Below, piece by piece: positions 33,052 to 41,654 of a stretch of 64,000 nucleotides of DNA (its first letter is position 1; every line of letters begins with the position of its first letter). The notes beneath the pieces are model-generated. The model was not told the DNA's origin. It did no database searches and saw nothing but the letters and a program-made list of their open reading frames with translations. The stretch is from a virus. Lineage: Duplodnaviria > Caudoviricetes. A program made the translations under genes and the position numbers. The stretch covers positions 224,001-288,000 of the IMG/VR virus record IMGVR_UViG_3300027804_000001; one strand, written 5' to 3'.

Positions 33052-33723
33052 TTACTTCTTTCTAACAATTTCATCAATAATACCGTATTTGACTCCGTCC
33101 TCAGCAGATAACCAAAAGTCCCTTGTTGCGTCTCTCATAACCTCTTCTGCGGGTTTTCCACAATACCCACCTAAAAGTTCAAACAATCTATCGTTTTTCT
33201 TTTTCCACCATTTCATGGTAATTTCTGCATCTTGGATATTACCCACGGCCCCACCTGATGATTGGTGTAACATGATTTCTGAATCCTCCAACGCCCCTCT
33301 TTTACCTTTAGTACCTGCACCTAACAATACAGAACCCATAGACGCAGCCATACCGGTACAAATTGTACGAATGTCAGATTTGATATATTCCATTACATTG
33401 ACCATAGATAGTCCTGACTTTACAGAACCACCCGGACTGTCAATGTGCATAGTAATATCATTATAATCCAAACTATCAAGAAACATCAATTGGGCTTGAA
33501 CAATTGTGGACATGTGGTCATTTACCTCACCAGCAACCCAAATAATTCTTTCCATCATTAATCTACTGAAAACATCCATAACTGTAACATTCATCTGTCT
33601 TTCTTCAAGAATGTATGGTGTTAAACTGTTTTCAATAAGGTTGTTATACTGATGTAATTTTAAAGAACCAATTCCTTTGTCTCTTGCATAAAGATTAAAA
33701 TCTTTAATATCTTTTAATTCCAT
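33052..33723 (-). CDS. clpP: ATP-dependent Clp protease proteolytic subunit
   Basis: DVFSRLMMERII, IDSPGGSV, GMAASMG (Ser), IMLHQ (His), RDFWLSAED; start trimmed to ATG at 33723. Confidence 0.95.
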   Translation of the reverse strand: MELKDIKDFNLYARDKGIGSLKLHQYNNLIENSLTPYILEERQMNVTVMDVFSRLMMERIIWVAGEVNDHMSTIVQAQLMFLDSLDYNDITMHIDSPGGSVKSGLSMVNVMEYIKSDIRTICTGMAASMGSVLLGAGTKGKRGALEDSEIMLHQSSGGAVGNIQDAEITMKWWKKKNDRLFELLGGYCGKPAEEVMRDATRDFWLSAEDGVKYGIIDEIVRKK

Positions 33724-33744
33724 ATAAGTATGTTTTGTTTTTAA

Positions 33745-33776
33745 CAAATATAAACCAAAAAAAACCAAAAACCAAA
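33745..33776 (-). promoter_or_regulatory. Bacteroidota-type sigma promoter upstream of clpP
   Basis: TTTG-N20-TATATTTG, an exact match to the -33 TTTG / -7 TAnnTTTG consensus. Confidence 0.7.
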
Positions 33777-33777
33777 A

Positions 33778-36120
33778 CTAAGATATTTTTGTGGTAATAA
33801 AATCTATTGAGGAAATATTATCGTCCTTTTTAATCATAATAATATTATCCGACCAATTACGAATTAGAGAGTTGTGAGAAATAACTAATATATGTTCAAA
33901 ATAATTTTTGATTTTCTTGAAAAATTCACCTACCATATCCAAATTCTCATCCGCAATCTTACCAAAAACTTCGTCCATTACCACAATATTTGGTTTAGGT
34001 AATGACGATATTTTAGTCAAAACACTACGAAGTGCCAATGATGATATTGTTCTTTCATAACCCGAACCAGCATTTAATGGTTTAACTACCCTCGTTTCCG
34101 TATCAATCATGACAAATTCAACTTCATTCTTATCATTCACATTTAACTCTAAAATAAAGTGACAACTATCAACCAACAAACGATATAATTCTTGATTTAA
34201 CAATGGTATCATGTTTTTCATGATAACTTTTGAAATCCCATTTTTACCATATATTGTCAGATAAATTTTAAACACATTCAATAACTCTTCTTCTGATTTA
34301 ATTTTCTTTATTAAATCATCGTTTGTTAATATTTTAGTTTTCATAACCTCAATATTTGTGTTATGTTTTTCAATTGTTGTATTTGCAACTCTTATGTCGG
34401 CGTTTGCGGTTTCAATCTTAGATCTTAATGCAATTATTTCCGCATCGATTTTTTGATTATGTTCTAATTTCTTTTTATTATTTTCATAATTGTTTAATTT
34501 ACCTTGTTTGGTGTCAATCTCTAATTGTTTTTGTTCAACCTCTAATTCGTATCTTGCCTTACGAAGTTTATTTTTTTCGTAAGTATCAAATTGAGTTTTT
34601 AGATTTTCAAATGATTCTGATTGTTCTTTTAATTTATCAAAATCTTTTTGATTCTCTTCTTTATCTTTTAGAATATTTTCTATTTCTTTTTTTAATTCTT
34701 CAATTTCATCAGTGTGGTCAACTTCATCCAATGCTCTTTTACATGTTGGACAAATTGTACCTTCTGTTAATTGTTTAATTAATTTTTCTTTTTCAGTCTT
34801 TTCGTAATTACACACAACATCAAACCCTTGAAGTTCTGCCATTTGTCCTTTTAATTCCTTATGGTCATCTTCATTATAGTATTGAGTTGGTTCTGCCACA
34901 TCAATCCCATCTGCGTTTTTTTGACTCAGATTTCTTTGTGAAATTAAATCATCAATCTCACGTTGTAAAAGTGTCGGGTTTGTTTTTATTAATTCTTGGT
35001 CGACATCATTATTTTTAGAACTAAGAACTTGTTCTTTTTTCTCTTCTAATTTTTTTAAATTTTTATCTAGTTTACCAAGTTCATTTGTAAGTCTTTCTAT
35101 TTCATTTTCAGAATTGGTGATTGAATCTTTATAATTTGTATTATCAATTTCTAATTGAGTTATGTTGTATGTATTAGATACAAGTTTCCTACTCCAATCA
35201 TTGTACAAGTTTTTTGCAACTTCTTCTTTCGCCCTTAAACTTTCTAAACCCATAAATTTAGTTAGAATTTGACCTCTGGCAGTTGGTTTGGACTCTATTA
35301 ATTGTTCTAAATTGTTTCCCGTTGTCATGATTGTTGATAGGAAATCTTCTTCACTACCGATTGCAGACGAAATAAATGATTCGGTTTCTCTTCTCTGTTC
35401 TCCTGTTAAATTTTCTACTGCACCGTCTTCTTTTCTTTTATAGAACTCAAGTTTGTTAGTGACATTGTATTCACCCGATTTACTTTTTTTACGAGTAAGT
35501 TTTCTTTCAATAACATAATCTTCACCATCAATTGTTATTTCACCTTTAACTAACACCTCATCTTTGTCAGTAAATTTATTGAAAATTTCACCGGCGGTTT
35601 TAGTCTTTGTTGTGGAATTAAAAAATAAAAACATCAACAAATCAACAGATGAAGTTGATTTACCACCAAAGTTTTTTGGTGTTGATTCTATAACGGTAAT
35701 ACCATCTAATGTAGTATAATCAATTTCGTTGTTATCCCCAAATGATAAGAAATTTGAGAATTCTATCCTCTTTACAAACCATTTATTATATCGAACTTTA
35801 TTTTGATTTGTTTTATCAATCTCACCATTTACTTTATTGTCAAGTCTATCTACTAACTCCCATTTTGTTTGGATACTGTTTTCCTTAATGAAATCCTTCA
35901 TTAATTTTTTTTGGTATTCATGGTCTAAAATATTGTCAGATGCCTCTAAAGATTCTAATACAATATCTGATTTATTAGTAAGACTTTTAGTAATAACCTG
36001 AATAGATTTGGTTTTATATTTGTCCTGAAAATATGATTTAACTCTTCTGATTTTTTCAGGAGTAAAATTTTCAGGTGTATCTTCCCAAGTTACTTTTATA
36101 AATGGATTATTATATTTCAT
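33778..36120 (-). CDS. sbcC: SbcC/Rad50-like recombination ATPase (T4 gp46-like)
   Basis: NFLSFG, Walker A FGGKST, CPTC hook, signature SGYE, Walker B VVMDEVFG, LVISHN. Confidence 0.92.
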   Translation of the reverse strand: MKYNNPFIKVTWEDTPENFTPEKIRRVKSYFQDKYKTKSIQVITKSLTNKSDIVLESLEASDNILDHEYQKKLMKDFIKENSIQTKWELVDRLDNKVNGEIDKTNQNKVRYNKWFVKRIEFSNFLSFGDNNEIDYTTLDGITVIESTPKNFGGKSTSSVDLLMFLFFNSTTKTKTAGEIFNKFTDKDEVLVKGEITIDGEDYVIERKLTRKKSKSGEYNVTNKLEFYKRKEDGAVENLTGEQRRETESFISSAIGSEEDFLSTIMTTGNNLEQLIESKPTARGQILTKFMGLESLRAKEEVAKNLYNDWSRKLVSNTYNITQLEIDNTNYKDSITNSENEIERLTNELGKLDKNLKKLEEKKEQVLSSKNNDVDQELIKTNPTLLQREIDDLISQRNLSQKNADGIDVAEPTQYYNEDDHKELKGQMAELQGFDVVCNYEKTEKEKLIKQLTEGTICPTCKRALDEVDHTDEIEELKKEIENILKDKEENQKDFDKLKEQSESFENLKTQFDTYEKNKLRKARYELEVEQKQLEIDTKQGKLNNYENNKKKLEHNQKIDAEIIALRSKIETANADIRVANTTIEKHNTNIEVMKTKILTNDDLIKKIKSEEELLNVFKIYLTIYGKNGISKVIMKNMIPLLNQELYRLLVDSCHFILELNVNDKNEVEFVMIDTETRVVKPLNAGSGYERTISSLALRSVLTKISSLPKPNIVVMDEVFGKIADENLDMVGEFFKKIKNYFEHILVISHNSLIRNWSDNIIMIKKDDNISSIDFITTKIS

Positions 36121-36643
36121 ATGAATTCTCGAGTTCCCAAACTTCGTTAATTAAATTGTAGGTTTCTACATGTTCTCTTTTAAATGATAACCAATCTTCA
36201 AGTTCATCACTATTATTTGGTTGAAATCTTGTTCTATATACTTTATCTGGATTACGTATTGTGTCAGGCCTAACTACAATCATCTGTGTAAAATCTTTAT
36301 TTGACCTAACGTATGTGTTAATTTTTGCCGATGGGTTCTCTCTTAATTTATTATAAAAATAATATTCCTCTAACCAATATTTTTCTTTTCTTATTGGTAT
36401 GTTTAAAGTTTTAAATGATAAACCTGAAATTAAAGAATACTTTTCATTAGACCAAAAATCACCATTCCAACCACCTCGTTCAACTTCTACACCCAAAAGA
36501 GTTTCAGTTGCACCTGTCAAATCGATTACTCTCATTTCTGGTGGGGTTTCATTCAATTGAATTTTAAAATGTGTTTTATAAAAATCAATAACGGCATTTC
36601 TAACTGGTTCATCATTGTAACTTGTTCCTCTTAAATTTGGCAT
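36110..36643 (-). CDS. putative PD-(D/E)xK endonuclease-like protein
   Basis: 177 aa; IDL...GVEVERG and NIPIRKEKYW. Confidence 0.45.
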   Translation of the reverse strand: MPNLRGTSYNDEPVRNAVIDFYKTHFKIQLNETPPEMRVIDLTGATETLLGVEVERGGWNGDFWSNEKYSLISGLSFKTLNIPIRKEKYWLEEYYFYNKLRENPSAKINTYVRSNKDFTQMIVVRPDTIRNPDKVYRTRFQPNNSDELEDWLSFKREHVETYNLINEVWELENSYEI

Positions 36644-36648
36644 TAAAC

Positions 36649-36960
36649 TTATTTTAATCTACTCTCCTCAAAAAACTCTATTATGGCATTTAATGCCCAA
36701 ACTGAACCGGCGGTAAACATTCCATCAAAGAAAATACCTAAAGTCCAGTGTACGTTAAGAACCGGACTTGTTACACCACCTAAAACGATTGACATAAAGA
36801 AACCAACCCATGTTGATGTACACAACGTGCAACTAATTAAATCACCAAAAAATTTAGAATGTTTTTTAATAAATTCTCTCGTAGATTCAAAAATGGTACC
36901 CCAAACAAGTATTGATGTCATACCATACGCAATCATAATCCATAAAAATAATATATCCAT
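36649..36960 (-). CDS. small membrane protein, DUF1360-like
   Basis: Three hydrophobic segments and LISCTLCTSTWVG motif. Confidence 0.65.
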   Translation of the reverse strand: MDILFLWIMIAYGMTSILVWGTIFESTREFIKKHSKFFGDLISCTLCTSTWVGFFMSIVLGGVTSPVLNVHWTLGIFFDGMFTAGSVWALNAIIEFFEESRLK

Positions 36961-36977
36961 AATGATTAAATTTTACT

Positions 36978-37009
36978 AGAATATAAGGAAAAAAATTTAC
37001 AAAGACAAA
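36978..37009 (-). promoter_or_regulatory. Bacteroidota-like promoter
   Basis: TTTG-N20-TATATTCT, 17 nt upstream of the ATG at 36960. Confidence 0.55.
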
Positions 37010-37552
37010 CTATTCAGAATAAAGACTTCCTAAATCACTATTCTTCATGTATTTTGCTTTACTAAACTTATCTAAAGATTGATTTATCTTATCGAGTTCT
37101 TTTTTTAATTTTTCGTTTTCTTTTTTAAGTTCATCAATTTCTTTGGTGTCAACAACTTCTTTAATTGTTGGTACTTCTATCTTAACTTCTTTGATTACTT
37201 CTTTTGTTATTATTTGTGTATCTCCCTTAATTTGAACGGGTACCTCTTTAATAACCTCAACAATTTTTTCTACCGGTACTTCTTTAATGACCTCTTTAAT
37301 CACCACTTTCTCAACGGGTACTTCCTTTATTACCTCTACTATTTTTTCTACGGGTACCTCTTTTATTACTTCTTTTTCAATAATTTTTTCTTTGGTTGAT
37401 TTAATAGGGGTATCAGGATATTTTAAAAATGAGAATCCTCTATTGAATGTTTCTTTCGCAAGTTTTTCAACGTCATCAATATTATTTAATTGACAATATT
37501 GTATAAATTCATCATCTAAATTAAGTGTCTTCTTTTTTTTGAAATTACTCAC
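37010..37552 (-). CDS. protein with EVIKEVPVEK (alveolin/articulin-like) repeats and coiled coil
   Basis: About six imperfect EV(I/V)KEVPVEK units; GTG start. Confidence 0.7.
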   Translation of the reverse strand: MSNFKKKKTLNLDDEFIQYCQLNNIDDVEKLAKETFNRGFSFLKYPDTPIKSTKEKIIEKEVIKEVPVEKIVEVIKEVPVEKVVIKEVIKEVPVEKIVEVIKEVPVQIKGDTQIITKEVIKEVKIEVPTIKEVVDTKEIDELKKENEKLKKELDKINQSLDKFSKAKYMKNSDLGSLYSE

Positions 37553-38243
37553 TTTCTGTTTGTTTACTCAAATAATCTCTAATAAGTCTAAGATCCGTCA
37601 TTCTTTCGTTGTGCTTTTCTTCAGTAAAAAAACTAAAGTATGCTATAAAGTTTTTATCGGGATGTGATTCAATTGTTATTTCATCTTGAATAAATTCTCT
37701 TTCATGAAAAATTTGTATATCGTCTTCATATATCGATATATTTAAATCATTACTAATTAACTGAACCCAACTATCACAAGCACCACTATTTGACCATCTA
37801 CCTGTGACATCTATCCATTTTTTAGGGATTATTGGAAATAACATTTGATTGTCTTTTCTACAATAATCTGTTTGATTGGTTACTAACGGATTAACAACTA
37901 CAAATTTATTTTTGTATTTATCCATTACCAAATCATAATCTTTTGATGTCATCATACAATCATCATTCCACAATAGTAAAAACTCACCTGTGGCATCTTT
38001 TGATGTTGCATTAACATATAAATTTAGGTTTCTATAAAAATGTCTCTCAGATACATACAACTTAATAAATGGTTTATCTGTAATGTATTCTTTTGTTTTT
38101 TGAACAGTTTCAACATCGTCATCATCCATTGCAACCAATATTTCTAAATTATTTAAATCTGAACAATTTTCAATTAGGCTGTTTGTAGATTTAACAAACA
38201 AATCATATCTTTTTCTTGTTGGGAATATTATACTTATTTTCAT
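37545..38243 (-). CDS. glycosyltransferase family 2-like protein
   Basis: KISIIFPTRKR, ILVAMDDDD, FLLLWNDD. Confidence 0.8.
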   Translation of the reverse strand: MKISIIFPTRKRYDLFVKSTNSLIENCSDLNNLEILVAMDDDDVETVQKTKEYITDKPFIKLYVSERHFYRNLNLYVNATSKDATGEFLLLWNDDCMMTSKDYDLVMDKYKNKFVVVNPLVTNQTDYCRKDNQMLFPIIPKKWIDVTGRWSNSGACDSWVQLISNDLNISIYEDDIQIFHEREFIQDEITIESHPDKNFIAYFSFFTEEKHNERMTDLRLIRDYLSKQTESE

Positions 38244-38244
38244 A

Positions 38245-39063
38245 TTATCCTAAATTTAATAATTCTTCTTTTTCATTTTCAATATCTGTTATATCATCAA
38301 TTGAGAAATGTAAAAACGGTTGTTCATTTTGCAAATCGTGAAAAGTATATTCATCGGATTTGATATCATAAATACCATATCCATGATGTTTTACGGTTTC
38401 ACCAAAATTCTGTTGGATTAAAGAACCAACCATTATTCCTTTACCTCCACCAGGTAATTTAAATTGTTGTCTTTTGTGAATATCACCACAAAGAAGTAAA
38501 TCCAAATCAACAAAATTTAATCTATCATAACCATCTTCAAATTGATATCCTATATCGGTTGACATTCCTTGGATTACTCCGTGAAATAAACCAATATGGA
38601 ATTGACCTTCTTCTTTTTTAAAGTCAGGTCTTTCATTATGTTGGTACAATGAATAAACAACCCAATTTATATTATCATCTTTATAAACACCACTATCTTT
38701 TAGATAGGTGATGTTTTTATTGTCAAGTAATTCAACTATTGGTGTTATACTATCTATACGTTGTGTGTTGTTCTCTAAAAAATCATGATTACCTGGAATT
38801 ATAATTGTCTTACCATAACTTGATAATTGATTCAAAAACCAACTTGTTAATAACAACTGTTCGTTTGAAATATTAATCTTTTGGTGTGCAATGTCACCAG
38901 CAATAACAATACGAATTTCATCCCATCTAATACCTTCAGATGTCCATTTTGCACTATGTTCTTTAATCTCTTCAATTAATTTTTCAAATTGTTTTTTGTA
39001 CAGTTCGTGTAATTGAATTGTTCTGATATGGATATCAGCGATATGTATAAGTTTTTTTACCAT
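38245..39063 (-). CDS. sbcD: SbcD/Mre11-like metallophosphoesterase nuclease (T4 gp47-like)
   Basis: IADIH, AGDIAH, PGNHD, FHG, GDIH motifs. Confidence 0.92.
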   Translation of the reverse strand: MVKKLIHIADIHIRTIQLHELYKKQFEKLIEEIKEHSAKWTSEGIRWDEIRIVIAGDIAHQKINISNEQLLLTSWFLNQLSSYGKTIIIPGNHDFLENNTQRIDSITPIVELLDNKNITYLKDSGVYKDDNINWVVYSLYQHNERPDFKKEEGQFHIGLFHGVIQGMSTDIGYQFEDGYDRLNFVDLDLLLCGDIHKRQQFKLPGGGKGIMVGSLIQQNFGETVKHHGYGIYDIKSDEYTFHDLQNEQPFLHFSIDDITDIENEKEELLNLG

Positions 39064-39916
39064 AATTAATATATTTTGAAAGGTCTAAATCCATTACAAT
39101 TTTATTTACTTTTTGTGGTACTTTATATTCCACATATGAACCATCTTCTTTCAATAAGACAATCACACACCCTAATAATTTTAGGTTTTCATATTTGGTA
39201 CCTTTTAACATCTTTAATAACAATCTCGCATACAATGGTAATTGTAAATAATAATGACCTAATGCCGTATCGTGATATTCATTAAATGGTGAGAACATTT
39301 TACCCGTGTAATGTTGTACTTCAAAGTTCTTTGGTTGATTTGTTTTCCAATCTGTAATTACCAAACCAAAATCGGTTTGTTCTTTATTTAACATCAACCA
39401 ACATTTATCGGGTTGTCCTGTGTAACCCAATTCATTATCACCAAGAACAATTTCGGTATCAAGTAAAACCGCACCTCTTTCTTCCATTAATGTTAAAAAT
39501 TCTTTACCGGCTTTAATCATGTTATTACTCCTGGTCAACTGAGTTTCATCACATTCGAAAATTGGTTGTCTCACATCTTTGTAATTACCATTTCTATTAA
39601 CGGCTTCAGTCTCAAGTTCAAAGTGAACTCTACTACCCATGTTTGTAGCATAACTACCTGCTTGTCTCCATTGTTCTTGTAATTCGGCGGCGGCTTCAGG
39701 GTCACCATTGGACATTCTCAATGAGGTTCCTTCCGCATCAAACGCTTTATGAAATTTCTTGATTAATTTGGAAACAGATGGAAATGTTTTTCTAAGAACA
39801 CCATCAATATCTCTCATATAATAAATGTGTTCTTCCTCCACAAATGTTATATCAAGTTCATTTCTTCTTTTTTCTAATAATTCATTTATCTCTTTTGAGA
39901 TTTCTACTAAATTCAT
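39035..39916 (-). CDS. PD-(D/E)xK exonuclease (RecB-like superfamily)
   Basis: FPSVSK, GSRVH..LE, GQPD, ITDWKT, YLQLPLY. Confidence 0.85.
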   Translation of the reverse strand: MNLVEISKEINELLEKRRNELDITFVEEEHIYYMRDIDGVLRKTFPSVSKLIKKFHKAFDAEGTSLRMSNGDPEAAAELQEQWRQAGSYATNMGSRVHFELETEAVNRNGNYKDVRQPIFECDETQLTRSNNMIKAGKEFLTLMEERGAVLLDTEIVLGDNELGYTGQPDKCWLMLNKEQTDFGLVITDWKTNQPKNFEVQHYTGKMFSPFNEYHDTALGHYYLQLPLYARLLLKMLKGTKYENLKLLGCVIVLLKEDGSYVEYKVPQKVNKIVMDLDLSKYINYGKKTYTYR

Positions 39917-40854
39917 TAATCTAATTGTTTTATTTTATATTCACTTAAATCACCTTTCAAATCGGCAATATCTTTATCTCCTTCTAATTTTACTATCCAT
40001 ACTTTACCCATTAATTTACCACAATTTAACTTGTGGAATAATTTTTCAGCATCAGACCAAGCATCAGGATCCAAGACTATAATAATCTTTTTAGCAGAAT
40101 TATAAAGTCTATTGAATAAATTTTGAGTCATATATTTTCCCAACATTGGTATTGAGTTGTCAAGAAATATGGAATCAAACGCACCTTCAACAATATAAAT
40201 TGGTTCATCCCAATTTATTAAATGTTCATTCCACAATAAACTTTCCTTATCAATTTCAGGATTTTTATACTTCATTTTGGTTCTTGTAAGAAAAGAACGA
40301 GCAATAAAATAATTTAAGTTTTTATTTATATCATAAGATGGAATGATAATTCTATTTTCATATAATCCTTGGTAACAAAATCCAATATTATATTTCTCAA
40401 TCATTTCATCTGTTATGTTTCTACTTTTTATATAATTCCAAGCCTGTTTAAATTGTGGTGTCAATTTAAGTCCAAGACTTACATTTTTAAAAGGAATAAA
40501 TTCTTTTGGTAATCTTACTTGTTTATAAACCCTTTTTGGTGAATCAAAATCTTCGGGTTTTAATAATTGATATTTTTTTAATTGTTTAGGGGTTCCGTAT
40601 TTTTTAATTAGTTTAAATAAAGATCCGTGTGTTTCATGTGTTTCCGCACAAACCCAACATTTAAAAACATTTTGTTTATAGTTTACCTCAAGATTTCCCT
40701 TTCCATCTCCGTGGTCTAAACCTTTTATATCGTAAGAACAAACAGGACAGTCAAAAGACATCTGTCCTCGGTAATCATTGTGCATTTTATAATCACCTAG
40801 AATATCTTCTAGTATTTCAATTACACCCGAAAAGTCTACCTCTTGTTCAGTCAT
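39916..40854 (-). CDS. DNA primase (Zn finger plus TOPRIM)
   Basis: CPVC...CWVC, RIIIP, VEGAFD, LDPD; start trimmed to ATG at 40854. Confidence 0.9.
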   Translation of the reverse strand: MTEQEVDFSGVIEILEDILGDYKMHNDYRGQMSFDCPVCSYDIKGLDHGDGKGNLEVNYKQNVFKCWVCAETHETHGSLFKLIKKYGTPKQLKKYQLLKPEDFDSPKRVYKQVRLPKEFIPFKNVSLGLKLTPQFKQAWNYIKSRNITDEMIEKYNIGFCYQGLYENRIIIPSYDINKNLNYFIARSFLTRTKMKYKNPEIDKESLLWNEHLINWDEPIYIVEGAFDSIFLDNSIPMLGKYMTQNLFNRLYNSAKKIIIVLDPDAWSDAEKLFHKLNCGKLMGKVWIVKLEGDKDIADLKGDLSEYKIKQLD

Positions 40855-40885
40855 AGTTAGAAATAATATAACCAAAAATTTTTGC

Positions 40886-40960
40886 AAAAAAAAATCCCCC
40901 AGAGACACCACCCTCCAGGGGAACCAACTAAACATGTATTTCTACACGTCCCGTCCTACT
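40886..40960 (-). ncRNA. candidate small structured RNA
   Basis: TATTTAT motif upstream; hairpin ACGTGTA-GAAA-TACATGT; then terminator TCCCCTGGAG-N8-CTCTGGGGGA-T9; GC-rich island between ruvC and primase. Confidence 0.5.
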
Positions 40961-40998
40961 TTAATAAATATATCCTATTCTACTTTATAAAAAAAATA

Positions 40999-41616
40999 TC
41001 AGTTGCCGGATTTTTCTGATTTAATCATATTGATGTATCCAATCACTGCGGTTGCCGCATCCGCCATATCGTAATTCTCTTTTTTAAGGTTACCAGTTTT
41101 ACCATATAACCAATTTACATCAGAACAAACGGCGTTAACATGTTCCCATATTACGTGTTTCTTATCGATATCTTTTGGATAACCACCAAACAATACGTTT
41201 CTATTTTTATCGTTCTTTCCGACTAAATCAGGAAACGCAAATTTTCTTGCATTATAAGTTGAAATGAAGGTTGGTATAATACCTAAAATATCATAACAAT
41301 TTTTCAAAATCAAAGTGTTATATCTTAATAGGGTTCCCACTGTATAAATGTTATTAGATTGTAATAATGGTTCTTCTATTATTACACGAGTAATCCCCAT
41401 ATCTTTATAACCCTCAAGATGTTTCTTGAACGCATCAGCCTTTTTTATTAATTCCTCTATTTTGTCTTCAGGCTGAGGTTTTATTTTTGGTGAGAAATGA
41501 GTTAACTCTAATAATTTGGATCCTGTTATATCAAACAGTGCCCACCCAATTGTTTTGGTTGAAATATCCAATCCCAAAATTTTTGGCTTGTTCTTAAATT
41601 TAATATCTATACTCAT
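40999..41616 (-). CDS. RuvC-like Holliday junction resolvase
   Basis: ILGLDISTKTIGW, VIIEEP, DMADA acidic tetrad pattern. Confidence 0.85.
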   Translation of the reverse strand: MSIDIKFKNKPKILGLDISTKTIGWALFDITGSKLLELTHFSPKIKPQPEDKIEELIKKADAFKKHLEGYKDMGITRVIIEEPLLQSNNIYTVGTLLRYNTLILKNCYDILGIIPTFISTYNARKFAFPDLVGKNDKNRNVLFGGYPKDIDKKHVIWEHVNAVCSDVNWLYGKTGNLKKENYDMADAATAVIGYINMIKSEKSGN

Positions 41617-41654
41617 ATCAAAATATATAAGTAATATTTTTTGATAAGTAAATA

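Noticed and set aside
39035-39916. Cas4 assignment for the PD-(D/E)xK nuclease
   Set aside because: Lacks the four-Cys Fe-S ligands; context (primase, SbcD) fits a recombination exonuclease
40855-40935. 27 aa hydrophobic N-terminal extension of the primase from ATG 40935
   Set aside because: Runs through a strong terminator and the TATATT promoter element; ATG 40854 is the better start
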